Shown: positions 25,632-39,476 of the stretch, one piece after another | Layout: every line of letters starts with the position of its first letter | Numbering within the stretch: the stretch's first letter is position 1 | Assembly (NCBI RefSeq): GCF_006345805.1 | Contig: NC_043001.1 | Location: 11,842,001-11,906,000, forward strand | DNA: 64,000 nucleotides | Direction: 5' to 3' | DNA from: Octopus sinensis | Lineage: Eukaryota | Translations under genes and position numbers: made by a program | The notes under the pieces: generated by a model | Told to the model about the DNA's origin: nothing | Database searches by the model: none | The model's input: only the letters and a program-made list of their open reading frames with translations

Positions 25632-26017
25632 AAACGTTGAGTCGATTTTTTTGTTTTCATTTTTTGTTTCCTTTTATTATTGTGGGGTTGGTTATTTTAC
25701 ATTTTTTGTTTTTACATGAAGGGGGTTCAAATAATCCATTAGGATTAAATAGAGATTTAGATAAGATTCCTTTTCATCATTATCATACATATAAAGATAT
25801 TTTGGGATTTCTTGTAATATTATTTGCGTTAGTTGAGTTAAGTTTATTATTTCCTAATATATTGGGAGATGCTGAGAATTTTATTCCTGCGAATCCTTTA
25901 GTTACTCCTATTCATATTAAGCCTGAGTGATATTTTTTGTTTGCTTATGCTATTCTGCGTTCAATTCCTAATAAATTAGGGGGAGTAGTTAGTTTAGGAA
26001 TATCTATTGTTGTTCTG
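25632..26017 (+). pseudogene. CYTB: NUMT: mitochondrial cytochrome b fragment
   Basis: [47 protein letters not shown](TGA=W)[19 protein letters not shown], in one frame under the invertebrate mitochondrial code; flanked by nuclear repeats. Confidence 0.95.
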
Positions 26018-26339
26018 TTCAACTTAACTTTTGTGGATAACATTTTCTAATCAGGTGCTCATTAATCTATTATCACGTGTATTGTGTTCTCGTCCTTGTA
26101 TATTTCAAATGGTTTCAAGATTTCAAACCTTCCTTAGTGGGCGGGAGAGTTAATCGCTTTCATCGACACCCGGTATTTCAATAGAATTTATTTTATTGAC
26201 CCCAAATGGGTGAAAGCCCGGGTTAGTCTCGGCGGAATTTTCAAAGCAGAACATTATAAATACGGACGAAATACTGCTACGAACTTAGTCCGATGCGCAA
26301 ACCATTCTGCCAGCTCACCGACTTCTTATTTAACAATAG

Positions 26340-26720
26340 TGGAGGCGCAATGGCCCAGTGGTTAGGGCAGCGGACTCGCGGTCATAGGATCGCGGTTTCG
26401 ATTCCCAGACCGGGCGTTGTGAGTGTTTATTGAGCGAAAACACCTAAAGCTCCACGAGGCTCCGGCAGGGGATGGTGGTGATCCCTGCTGTACTCTTTCA
26501 CCACAACTTTCTCTCACTCTTACTTCCTGTTTCTGTTGTATCTGTATTTCAAAGGGCCGGCCTTGTCACTCTCTGTGTCACGCTGAATATCCCCGAGAAC
26601 TCCGTTAAGGATACACGTGTCTGTGGAGTGCTCAGCCACTTACACGTTAATTTCACGAGCAAGCTGTTCCGTTGATTCGGATCAACCGGAACCCTCGTCG
26701 TCGTAACCGACAGAGTGCTT
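26340..26720 (+). mobile_element. SINE-C, tail variant B
   Basis: Matches 22729-23095. Confidence 0.9.
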
Positions 26721-26944
26721 CCATCAATGTATAACAGGTTAAAAATGTCTAACTTTGGCATGAAGTTAGGTAATTTAATAGGTATGCATTTTTCAGCAAC
26801 AGAAGCATTAGGGCTTTCCGGTTCCCTATGCTTTAAAGCCAAAACTCTTTCTGGGGTAAAAAAAACGCAAAAATTTTAGAGGTAAAATCGGTTTATTGTA
26901 TTTAATTTTAAGTGTTTCGTCATCAATATGTTTAGTTTTATTTA

Positions 26945-27502
26945 TGCGCCCTTTTCAAGCCTAGCCAGTCTCATGGGCCCGGGTTCCCGATTTCTAAGGC
27001 ATATGTGTCCCCCCTGCTGGACAGGACGCCAGTCCATCGCACATTACTCAAGAAACAGGAACAAAGAGTGAGAGAAAGTTGGAGCGAAAGAGTACAACAG
27101 GGATCGCCGCCACCCCCTGCCGGAGCCTCGTGGAGCTTTTAGGTGTTTTCGTTCAATAAACACATACAACTATTTCTTTACTACCCACAAGGGGCTAAAC
27201 ACAGAGAGGACAAACAAGGACAGACAAACGGATTAAGTCGATTATATCGACCCCCGTGCGTATCTGGTACTTATTTAATCGACCCCGAAAGGATGAAAGG
27301 CAAATTCGACCTCGGCGGAATTTGAACTCAGAACGGAGCGGCAGACGAAATACAGCTAGGCATTTCGCCCGGCGTGCTAACGATTCTGCCAGCTCGCCGC
27401 CTAAACACACAATAAACACACACAACGCCCGGTCTGGGAATTGAAACCACAATCCTCTGACCGCGAGTCCGCTGCCCTAACCACTGGGCCATTGCGCCTC
27501 CA
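26945..27502 (-). mobile_element. SINE-C head with SINE-D (V-like) tail, interrupted by a nested SINE-A
   Basis: Head at 27427-27502, body 27050-27170, V-like tail 26945-27045. Confidence 0.8.
27171..27401 (-). mobile_element. SINE-A nested in the SINE-C/D hybrid
   Basis: TSD-like aataaacacatacaac (27155-27170) / aataaacacacacaac (27411-27426). Confidence 0.9.
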
Positions 27503-27964
27503 CCATCAATATGCTTATAGGAGATAATTCTCCGACGATACTCTTTCTCGTAGTTGCTGTAGACGATGTAACGATCGATAAATTTAACTGTAGGTTGTGA
27601 CCAGAAACACAAATATGTCTAGAGAGAATATTTATATACGTCCATTATTATTATTATTTCAATTTACAAAACAATGTCTCCATTTCCAAGTGATTCTCTA
27701 GAGTTCATTATCTTTAATTACGTTTTTATCAGGAATGAGAATATTTTTCAATCTTCAATATTCCATTAAAAGTAATTTGCATAATGAAATGTGTTCGTTG
27801 CGTTTGCAATATAACACTTTTTCTATCAATCTAATGCTATATTTTTTTACATTGGTTTCCAAATGTATTTAGAGTCGATGTTGCTTCTTTCCTTTTAGTT
27901 ACCTGCATAAGTTTCATTTTACCTGTGGTTGCTTGGCCGTAAGATAAATCTCACTATACAGGAT

Positions 27965-28185
27965 TCGAGCTGGCAGAGACGTTAGCGCGCCGGGCGAAAT
28001 GCGTAGCCGTATTTCGTCTGCTGTTACGTTCTGAGTTCAAATTCCGCCGAGGTCGACTTTGCCTTTCATCCTTTCGGGGTCGATAAATTGAGTACCAGTT
28101 ACGCACTGGGGTCGATATAATCGACTTAATCCCTTTGTCTGTTTGTCCCCTCTGTGTTTAGTCCCTTGTGGGCAATAAAGAAATA
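27965..28185 (+). mobile_element. SINE-A
   Basis: Matches the consensus. Confidence 0.9.
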
Positions 28186-28375
28186 TATATTGGCTTCGTT
28201 CATCTTTTCCTGATTTTTTTACTCCTAACTGTATATAAAATAATTAGTTTTTCAAGCTATCCTTTCTTCTTTCTGCTCACGGCGGTTCAATATCTGTCAG
28301 TTTTTCTGACATAGGACTATCGGTCAAAACCTCTTTTCTTCGTCACTCGCCAATTACTTTATATCTTGTTCCAAA

Positions 28376-28770
28376 TCTCTCCATATATAAAGCTGAAGTT
28401 GCCTGTGCATCGCAGGTTTGATAACCTTCAACTAACACTCTCTCCTCCGAGACCCTGCGGCACAAGTTGACCAAAATTGGAGAGTATGATAGACGAAGGC
28501 TTGCTCTTCCTTCCGTAAAAGAAAAACTTCAAACTGGACCATGTTAAAACCAAGAAATATTTACATCAAAAAGGTGCTTTTTTTTCTATGAAAATCCCAA
28601 TTTGTTTACAATTTTTTGACTTTTTTGTCGACATTTTTCGATGTATTTCAACAAGGAAAATGTTCACTTAAAGAGAATAACAAGCTACATAATGCAAAAT
28701 TTTTACTTTTCAAAAATTCCAATTCTAAAGGGTCGAAACAAACCCGAGCAACACCGGGCGATACTGCTAG
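28376..28770 (+). mobile_element. Non-autonomous Helitron (family 2)
   Basis: A|TC start, gagcaacaccgggcgatactgCTAG|T end; homologous to 16129-16521. Confidence 0.85.
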
Positions 28771-29175
28771 TACATATAAAAATGAGGTATAATTTCATAT
28801 AAACTCACGAAAAGGAATGTTATAGATCATTATTAGAATTAATACCCTGCATATACATTGTTCGTATTAATTTATGTAATATAATTTCAACAGATAACTG
28901 AACGAATGCCTCTAAATAAAAGCCACATAAAATGAAGAGCAGGCATATTTCCAAGTAAATTACATACAGTTATAGAAACTTAATAAGGACAGAGATTGAC
29001 AGCATCTGCAACCAAAGATACATTGGAACACCTGACCATAGGGCAGTCAGTTACGTACTGAGGAAATGGTATCTGAAACATTATCTCAGAAGCTGAAATT
29101 CCAATTCTTCAAAAACCGTTTATACTCTTTCATAACATGCTAAAATGTTTTGTCAATAAAATTAATATGAAAGAT

Positions 29176-29211
<36 letters not shown>

Positions 29212-29217
<6 letters not shown>

Positions 29218-29435
29218 ACTCTTTTATTTCTTTCAGTCATGTGGCTGCGGCCATGCTGGAGCACCGCCTTTAGTCGAGCAACTCGACACAGGGACTTATT
29301 CTTTGTAAGCCCAGTACTTATTCTATCGGTCTCTTTTGCCGAACCGCTAAGTGACGGAGACGTAAACACACCAGCATCGGTTGTCAAGCAATGTTAGGGG
29401 AACAAACACAGACACACAAACATATACACACACAT

Positions 29436-29496
<61 letters not shown>

Positions 29497-29659
29497 TACG
29501 ACAGGCTTCTTTCAGTTTCCGTCTACCAAATCCACTCACAAGGCTTTCGTCGGCCCGAGGCTATAGTAGAAGACACTTACCCAAGATGCCACGCAGTGGG
29601 ACTGAACCCAGAATCATGTGGTTGGTTAGCAAGCTACTTAACACACAGCCACTCCTGCG
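29212..29659 (-). mobile_element. SINE-B
   Basis: Matches the consensus. Confidence 0.9.
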
Positions 29660-29977
29660 CCAGATAAGTAAATAATATTTTCATATTTCGTCATAATTTA
29701 AATATTTTATATCGGAACTCAATTACCCTTCACCACTATTATATTTGAGATTTTCAACTGCTGTATGCTGTTCTCTCAGTCACATATCAATAGAATACAA
29801 ACAATACAAAATTTATTGGAAGACTAATTAATTAAATTAATTACCAAACAATTTACCACATTTCTAAATTAAAGAATGCGATTTCTTATATCATAATATA
29901 CGTATGATATTAATAATCGAATGTTTTTCGTCCCTATCTTCAAACCTCACAGGAGTGGCTTTTTTATGAGTATATAC

Positions 29978-30183
29978 TCTTTTACTCTTTTACTTGTTTC
30001 AGTCATTTGACTGCGGCCATGCTGGAGCACCGCCGTTAGTCGAGCAAATCGACCCCAGTACTTATTCTTTGTAGGCCTAGTTTTTATTCTATCGGCCTCC
30101 TTTGCCGAACCGCTAAGTTACGGGGACGTAAACACACCAGCATCGGTTGTCAAGCGATGTTGGGGGGACAAACACAGACACAG

Positions 30184-30232
<49 letters not shown>

Positions 30233-30404
30233 TACATATATATGACGGGCTCCTTTCAGTTTCCGTCTCCCAAATCCACTCACAAGGCTTTGGTCGGCCC
30301 GCGGCTACAGTAGAAGACACTTGCCCAAGGTGCCACGAAGTGGGACTGAACCCGGAACCATGTGGCTGGTAAGCAAGCAACTTACCACACAGCCACTCCT
30401 GCGC
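29978..30404 (-). mobile_element. SINE-B
   Basis: Matches the consensus. Confidence 0.9.
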
Positions 30405-30719
30405 CATATACATTTCTCTTTTTAATGTTCCTGGATAAAGTGGCAGCGCACTTTGCTCATTTTCCGAGAGTGACGGAACTGATCTATGAATGCTCCTTTC
30501 GAACTGTTACATGCCAATATCAGCAGGAGAACAGCATGAAGGGCGGATAAGTAGAGGATCTATGCCTTAGGGGAAAAGAGACACGTAGCGGAGGGGTTAG
30601 TATAAAGGCTGGATAGTGACAGTATATAAATATGATGAAAGAAGAGACATTTGGCCCGAGAGTGCTAAAGTGGAGGAGGTACAAGACGAGCCAATAGAAG
30701 CCATTATAGCAGCAGGAAA

Positions 30720-31128
30720 TGATGTTCTTTTGTTCTTCTATTTGTTCCTGTCATCTGACTGCGGTCATGCTGGAGCACCACGTTTAGTCGAAGAAATCGA
30801 CCCCAGGACTTTCTTATTCTTTGTAAGCCTACTACCTATTATATAGTTCTGTTTTGCCGAATCGCTAAGTTTCGGGGACCTAATCTTAAAGATCGGTTCT
30901 CAAGCGATGGTGGTCGTAGAGGGACAAACACACACAAACATATACATAGATATATATTTAAACATATACGACGGGCTTCTTTCAGTTTCCGTCTACCAAA
31001 TCCACTCACAAGGCTTTGGTCAGCCCGAATCTATAGTAGAAGACACCTACCCAAGGTGCCACGCAGTGAAACTGAAGCTGGCACCATGCCGTTGAGAAGC
31101 AAACTTCTTACCACACGGCCACGCCTGC
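30720..31128 (-). mobile_element. SINE-B, degenerate
   Basis: Partial match to the consensus. Confidence 0.75.
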
Positions 31129-32094
31129 AACTAAATGAGTGTTTCTGAGTGATCGTTATGTTAATTTGTCGCTCAGACGATTCCTGGAAGGGGCCCAAGT
31201 TTGTGTGTGAATCCGTAGTACCATCGCAAATGGGACAACAATAATCAATTTGTATCTTATTGGATCATCGACGAGTATTAGTATTATTGGTGGGTAGAGC
31301 TAAAATATTTACTGTCCCTAGGGAAACGGGCAAATCTTTGGAATTCAGGTCTAGCTAACGATGTACATTTACCAAGAGAAATATTGCTTGATTTTGGGGC
31401 TTAGCATCTGGTGCATCCATATTGCTTCTAAGTGAGTGCTGTACACGCTTAGTGTGTATGTGAGGGAGAAAGAAAGTGGGACACAATTAGAGCTCGCGCA
31501 CGCCTGTCTGTGATTGTTGTATTAAAGAAAATATGTGTAGGGCAAACATGATGCTGGGAACGCAGGAGAGTTGTGGGGAAGTGAGACAGTGTGACATGGC
31601 TGGGAGCAACTGCTTAAAAAGGATGATAGACTGATCGATCCCTTAGGCCGGAACATCACATGTTTCCATGACTTAGAATATCAGCATAAAAATTCGTTTT
31701 CTATTTCCGAAAAATTATTTGATTTATTGCTGAACATTAAATTTCCTTCATGGGAACGAAGCACAATTATAATATTTTGATGTGTATAAGGAACACTTTT
31801 TGTCAAAAATTATTAAAAAAAAATATAGGTCGCAGTGAAATGACTGAAACAAATAAAAGAATAGTTGAATGGATGTGTGTATATGTGTGTAAGTGTATAT
31901 GTATGCGTGTACAAACGTGTCACGAGACTTACATTTTTTCAACGTTGACCTTCTAAGATTTCGGGTTTTGGCAAAGTCAATAAATTTATTTACAATGGCA
32001 TAAAAAAATTTGTTAAAACGAAAGATTTTACTGACGATCTATAAAATGCGTCTTAGTAAGTGAAAATACTTCATCATAAAACTTAAGTAGAATT

Positions 32095-32249
32095 TACAGC
32101 GAATATACACACGCAGAAACACACACATCCGTAGGCGCACACACATGCACACGCATACATACACACTCGCTACACATATACACACACATACCTACATACA
32201 TAAATGTATACATACATACATAGATGTATACATACATACACACACATAC

Positions 32250-32300
<51 letters not shown>

Positions 32301-32385
32301 ATGTATGTAGGTATGTATGTATGTATGTATGTATGTATGTATGTATGTATGTATGTATGTATGTATGTATGTATACAGGTAGGTA
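32095..32385. repeat. (CA)n/(TA)n/(TATG)n compound microsatellite
   Basis: Visible runs. Confidence 0.9.
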
Positions 32386-32661
32386 GGGGTTAGTTGCAAG
32401 CCGCTAAAAACATCGAAATTATTGAAAAATTCGCTTTTAAGACTTTTTGCAAAATCTTTAATTTCACATTAAAATATTTTATTACGACCTGATAGAACAT
32501 TATTTTTTCAGTTTTATACTCGTGCCCCATGTAAAGTGTGTTAAATGATGGCGGCTTTAATTTTAGATGAATACTAGAAATGGATTTGAGAACTTGTGTT
32601 ATTTTAGTAACCAGTTCCAGAGAACTGATGCAATTTTCATAAATTGCACCTGTGTTTTCAG

Positions 32662-32785
32662 CATAAACAAGAGAGTCAAAGCCGGATTAAATCTTGTAGG
32701 CACACCCTGCAATGTGCCATTTTCACAGGAAGACTGGTTCAACGAATGTGATAGGATGAGCAAGAAGATTTTCTTGCAGTCTTTC
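32662..32785 (+). CDS. Candidate internal exon of an unidentified host gene
   Basis: Acceptor tgtgttttcag|, donor |gtaaga; open frame INKRVKAGLNLVGTPCNVPFSQEDWFNECDRMSKKIFLQSF, ending in phase 0. Confidence 0.5.
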
Positions 32786-32853
32786 GTAAGAGATGCTGAA
32801 AAAGTTTTACAAATAATATGTATAACAACATTGCACTCTCCAAAATATTTCAG

Positions 32854-32964
32854 CGCTGTGTAACTCCTAGAAAGTCAAATGTCAGTGAGTCACAATTAGT
32901 CCTGGCAGTACGAAAACTAACTGGTTACAGCCTAGAAGGTATACAGATTGAAATATATGCAGGG
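32854..32964 (+). CDS. Candidate internal exon following a 68-nt intron
   Basis: Acceptor atatttcag|, donor |gtgagt; 111 nt, phase 0-0; RCVTPRKSNVSESQLVLAVRKLTGYSLEGIQIEIYAG. Confidence 0.55.
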
Positions 32965-34391
32965 GTGAGTGTGAACAAATCTACTATATTTGGAATGTAA
33001 GAAGTGGACCTATTATTTTGTTTTATATTTTCATTGTTGGAAATAGATTTATTTCTATATAAGTAACATAGCCAGTTTCAAAGTATATCACAATTAAAAC
33101 TTCACTACCTATCCCTCTGAAACCATAAGCAATACAACTTTAAAGTCAATATTAAAGGGAAAAACTACAGAAATAATACTGAATATGAGAAATATTCTAT
33201 ATTCTCTTTACGAATAAATTAATAGCATTTTAAACCGCACCAGTTGACGCTGCAATAATATGCAAATATCCATCATTGTTTATTCTTTTGTACATTTGAG
33301 TGCAATTATAAAGTGAATGAATTCTAAATTGATTCTAAAAATTAATATTTTAAAAATGTTAAATACAAAACTGAAACTCACGATCTCTCTCGCTCACCTA
33401 CCCACCTCTCTCTCGCTCACCTACCCATTTCTCTCTCGCTCACCTACCCACCTCTCTCTCGCTCCGAAGTTAAAATATTTTAACGCATTTAGGTTTGCCA
33501 GGTTTAAGAAAAACTCTTGCAAACCATGTAAATGTTGGTCACGATGAGATGTATTTTGATCGTTAACGTCTGAAAATCAATCTGGTAGCTGCTTGGAATA
33601 CTTACCTTTGCATGTGGAAGCAGTATTAATACTATTAGAAAAAGATGCGGTGAGCTGGCAAAATAGTTAACCCACCGGGCTAAAAGCTTAAGGGAAATTC
33701 ATCTGCCGCTACGTTCTGAAATCATATACTAACGAGGTCGACTTTGCATTTCATGTTTGTGGGGTCGATAACTTAAGTTCCAGCTGCGTATCGGGGTCGG
33801 TCTAATCAACTGCACCCCACACCATAACAATTTCAGGCCTGGTGCCTATAGTACAAATAATTATTATTATCAGAGAATAACTCAACTTTTGAAATGAAAT
33901 AGCGCATGAATGTTAGAATCTGAAATCTGAAAAAATAAAAAAAATAATAAACATGGATCTTGCAACAGGATATTTCTAAAGGAATTTCAGTTATTTAAGG
34001 AAAAGAAAAAAGGCCTCAAAGATTTTATATGTCAATGAACCTAATAAATGTATGATTGATTGGCTACATTTAAAAAAATATTCAGTAAATATAAAAGAAA
34101 AAAAAACAAACCGTAACTTAAATATAAATCAAGAATAAATTCATATAACTCAGTCCTTCCACATATAAACTGTCGGTCATTAATGCAAGCATTTTCAATA
34201 CATACACACAGTACCCACTAAATCATATCCCTGTTATTAAGGCGAAGTAATATGAACAAAGAAATACCCATCCGTAAAATTGTACTTTAAAGTAAATGTG
34301 TAACTTGTAAAGACTAACATTATTCAAAATAATGCATGCGATAAGATATGTAATACAATTATAAATTAACTCATATAATCGAATTTTGCAG

Positions 34392-34454
34392 TCTTCCATA
34401 CTTATCAAATTTCATGTTTCCGAAGCTACTTATATGGGAGATATTATTATAATG
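34392..34454 (+). CDS. Possible next exon
   Basis: Acceptor aattttgcag|, donor |gtaaaa; 63 nt, phase 0-0; SSILIKFHVSEATYMGDIIIM. Confidence 0.3.
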
Positions 34455-34925
34455 GTAAAATAAAATGGAGTGTACTAAAAAATTTTAACGTTAAAAATAA
34501 TCGCTAAAGTTATATAGTAATATACTACAGCATATTTGCAAGAATATTGGTAAATATCGATATTGCTAAAGGCAAGAAATTGTGATAATGCCTGATTAAA
34601 GATACGTTCAATATAACATGGTGAACATTGATATATAATCAAAATCTATAAGCTGTGTCTCGTAGACATTTTCTTGTGGATTAATATTGCTAAGTAACGT
34701 AATGACATACAAAAATACTTTCCATAATTGATATTTCGACTAGGTATAGAATACTATTCAAATGGATGATTGATATAATTATCATTTTGAGACTACAGTA
34801 TATTTTAATGGTGGCAGTATATTATAATGGCTAGCATTTCTTAATAAATCTTGCAATGTATATTAGTATATTCTGCTGTGTCTGGGAAGAGTCATTTTCT
34901 TTTTGTGCCCTATAATGTAACACAT

Positions 34926-35232
34926 GGAGGCGCAATGGCCTAGTGGTTAGGGCAGCGGACTCGCGGTCGCAGGATCGCGGTTTCGATTCCCAGACCGGGC
35001 GTTGTGAGTGTTTATTGAGCGAAAACACCTAAAAGCTCAACGAGGCTCCGGCAGGGGATGGTGGTGATCCCTGCTGTACCCTTTCACCACTCTTTCTCCC
35101 ACTCTTTCTTCTGTTGGCCTGCTCGCTTAGCCAGCGGGGTGGCGTCATTCGAAGGCTAAAACAATGCGAACGCATTGTGACCAGCGATGTGTAACAACAG
35201 CTGATGGTCTGGTCGGTCACGTGATCATGTGA
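34926..35232 (+). mobile_element. SINE-C, tail variant A
   Basis: Reverse complement of 8804-9109. Confidence 0.9.
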
Positions 35233-35968
35233 TAATGTAACACACTCACCGGATAAAATTTCCACTTGATTCTTACTTTTTTTTTTAATCTCCTAAAATC
35301 TTCGTTGCGTCTTGCAACCTTTTCAATAGTCTTGGCAGAGTCAAGACTATTGAAGAGGTTGCAAGACGCAACGAAAATTTTAGGAAAATAAAAATAAGGA
35401 ATAAGTGGAAATTTTATCGGTGAGTGTGTTAAGTTATGCGGCACAAAAAGAAAATGACTCTCCCCAGACACAAAAGAATATGCTTCAACACACGAAATCA
35501 CATCAAGAATCTTGCAAACCGAATCCAAAAACGAAATATGTTAGTATAACTTTATGCTAAATAATAATAATTTATACATTAACATATACTTCCAGCAAAG
35601 TACAAAGAAATGTATCATATTTGAACACAATATCGTACAATAGCTTTAGAAACAATAGTACAGTGGTTAAATCAGTTTTGGGAAGCAATTCATTCTTCTT
35701 GTTTGGAATTGCTTCGCTTAAGCTAAATATTAGAGAGGTCATACAGGAAATAAATGTTTAGTTTAGCAGATATTCGTAGAGAAATATGCAGCGAAAATAA
35801 AGTGATCTTTATGAATTTTCATATTGCTATTATCTGTATTTATATGTGGTTATCACCAGCATACACTCTCAATATTTTATAAGGTCATCGCTAAAACTAA
35901 AAAGATTAACACTTTATACGATGAACACAATGTGTAATTTGGTGTACTACTGTGTAGGTTACTGGAGT

Positions 35969-36330
35969 GGAGGCACAACGGGCCAGTATTTAGGGCAGTG
36001 GATTCGCGGTCGTAGGATCGCTGTTTCGATTCCCAGGTCAGGCGTGGTGAGTGTTTATTGAACGAAAATTCTTCACACTCCACGAGGCTTCGGCGAGGGG
36101 TGGTGGCGAACCCTGCTGTACTCTTTCACCACAATGTTCTCTCACTCTTTCTTCCTGTTTCTTTTGTACCTGTATTTCAAAGAATGTGTCACGCTGAATC
36201 TCCCGAGAACTATGTTAAGGGTACACATGTCTGTAAAATGATCAGCCACTTCCATGTTAATTTCAGGACCAGTTCTGTTCCGTTGTTCGGATCAACTGGA
36301 ACCCTCGTCGTCTTAACCGACGGAGTGCCA
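35969..36330 (+). mobile_element. SINE-C, tail variant B, degenerate
   Basis: Matches 26340-26720. Confidence 0.8.
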
Positions 36331-36706
36331 CGAGATTACTGGAAATAAAAACTACTTAGCGATGTAATATCCATTTATCTTTCTTTCGTATTTTAGTTCT
36401 TTCAGTCATAGGAACGGGCAAAACATTCAAGGGGTTAATCTAGGATCTCGATTTCAGTATTTATTTTTATGCCTGGTGGACATTCGATGATTAATCTTGC
36501 CAAATGTCTTTGTATACGACGTAAATAAATTGTCACCTGTTCTTAAGCTGTGTCGAAGAACACCAAAATGAAGATACATGCGCACAAAGCACACAGACGC
36601 ACACACACACACACAAGCACAGACACATATACACACATACTAACACACACACACACACACACACACAGGTATACACTCGATGAGCTTCGATGCAGTTTCC
36701 TATTTC

Positions 36707-36935
36707 TATTTCTTTATTGCCCACAAGGGGCTAAACACAGAGGGGAGAAACAAGGACAGACAAAAGGATTAAGTCAATTACATCGACCCCATGGCGTAAC
36801 TGGTACTTAATTTATCGACCCCGAAAGGATGAAAGACAAAGTCGACCTCGGCGGAATTTGAACTCAGAACGTAACGGCAGACGAAATGCCGCTAAGCATT
36901 TCGCCCGGCGTGCTAACGTTTCTGCCAACTCACCG
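36707..36935 (-). mobile_element. SINE-A
   Basis: Matches the consensus. Confidence 0.9.
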
Positions 36936-37424
36936 TACTTTCCATCTAGGGCATTCCCTCATAAGATATATTAGGCATTTGCCCAAGAATTCGCGTTGTA
37001 AAACTAAATCCGAAAACATGTTTACATATTGAGCATTAAAATCACATAGCCATTTCTGAGCCTTCATAATTAAACTGAAATTTTGCATAAACCTGCATTA
37101 GACACTTCGATTCTGGAAGATAAGTTATTAGATAAAGTTTCGAACCCCACCCCACCCCACAAACACACAAACACAAACTGTGCAGTTACGAAATTTGATT
37201 TTCAGATTTCATAATTGATCAAACGCCTACCAATGTTTCGAGCTGATCACTTCTTACAAAACATAATGAAACCCACACCAACACGCACGCATACAACCTA
37301 AAATTAACTCTGCACAAGTGTGGGCAGAATGTGTGGTCAGTTTATAAAAAAATATTTTATAAACTGGCAAATGAAGAGATATATGAATAAACATTATGTG
37401 CACACAAACAGTTATAGAAAGTAT

Positions 37425-37994
<570 letters not shown>

Positions 37995-39476
37995 GAATAC
38001 AAAAAATAATACACATTTTTCTAAATCTTGTCCGACTCTATTTCAGTCTATCGGCCCTTTCACGGTTATTCGTTTATTCTACTCTTCGTTCTTTCCTTCC
38101 CCCTTTCTCATATTTTTTTGACTTCTCTTAGTCACTTTCCCCTCCCCCTTTCACGTTACTGTGTCCCTGTCATTTTGTCTCGCCCCTCCTTAATTCCTCT
38201 GTCCCTCTGCTCCTATTTCTCTCTCTTCTCTTCCTACGTGACCGCCGTTCGACACAGCCTGTTCTTTATTTCTTGGTCTGACCGTTGTCCGTGCAACATC
38301 GATATTCTTCCTTGTGCTTGTGAAAGACTTGTATCTCAGCCGTAAGGCTTCATTTCCGCACGCACCAGCTTAATTCACTACGTTCTTGGTCGAGAGGCAC
38401 CTGTTGTTATGTATTGTTATTATTTTTATTATATTTATATTTGTGTTAAATTGTCCTTTTTTTCCGTCCTTGTTTTTGTATACATTCGCTGCTTTCTTCC
38501 AAGGAATCTAATGCTCTTAGCTTAGTATTTCCTTGAGGCTGGCCAGATTGGAGCAATATCAAGAATAATCAGCCGAAATTGCGAGGATAATCTGGTGCTT
38601 AACTAATGAAACAAAAACTTCGAATGACCCATCCTTGTTTTCCTTGTATCGTCTATCTGGATGTTTTGTTGTTCCTTTTTGTATCACCTAGCTGTCCAGA
38701 TGTTTTGCATTCACGATTGAGCGGACAATCGAAAGAAGGGCATTAAACGCATTTATCGTGAGTTACATGTTTGGATCAACACAACCTGTTTCAATTCTGT
38801 TCCTACTCCGATTCGGTCAAAACAGTTTGAATGAAATTCGGGCTGCAAGTGTGATGCTGGTCTTCAGCAATTTTGAATTTAAATGAAAGTTGATCCTATT
38901 ACAGAGAAATGAGAGCGAGGGTGAAGAGAAAAACCAAGGAGAGAGAGAGACAGAGAGAAGGGGCAAGAGGCAAAAATGGGGTAGAGACAGAGAAAGGAGG
39001 GAGAGGGCGAGAAGGGGGGAGAGAACGCCATGGTTTATACAGTTTTGCAAAGTAAAGCGATTATAAGAAAGGAGAGTTTATATTATAAACACTGCAACAC
39101 AGATCAGATTGAGAAGTAAATTAAATTACAAAATAATAAAAAAAAAAGCAAAAGACAAAAACGACAAAAAATAGTCAGTGTGATTGTATAAAATTGTATT
39201 ACTTTAGCTGATATAAGCAAAGAAATTGAATCTTGTAAATTCAAAGAAAAGAATCGGTAAGCTAAAAAAGATTTAAAATTAGTTTACAAGAGGAACTGAA
39301 CAAAAGATAACTTAAATTTGCTTGGAAACCTCATGAGATAACAATTGGTTTGTATTATGAAAGAATATAAAGACTTATAAATATCTGATTTAAGCCTGGA
39401 AATTTCTTCAAAGAATTTCAGACCGCAAACTCTGTAGTTAATATGTATTAATATATATGTTAATATACATGTTAAT

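Noticed and set aside
25632-26017. Functional mitochondrial cytb or mitochondrial contig
   Set aside because: Only a partial gene, with no neighbouring mitochondrial genes, embedded among nuclear repeats.
30616-30846. Acidic ORF MTVYKYDERRDIWPESAKVEE..
   Set aside because: It runs into a SINE-B remnant, and no recognisable domain or convincing splice pair was found.
38520-38600. Hammerhead-like ggctg..cagccGAAA hairpin
   Set aside because: No CUGAnGA (reads ccttga) and no U-H cleavage site after stem III.
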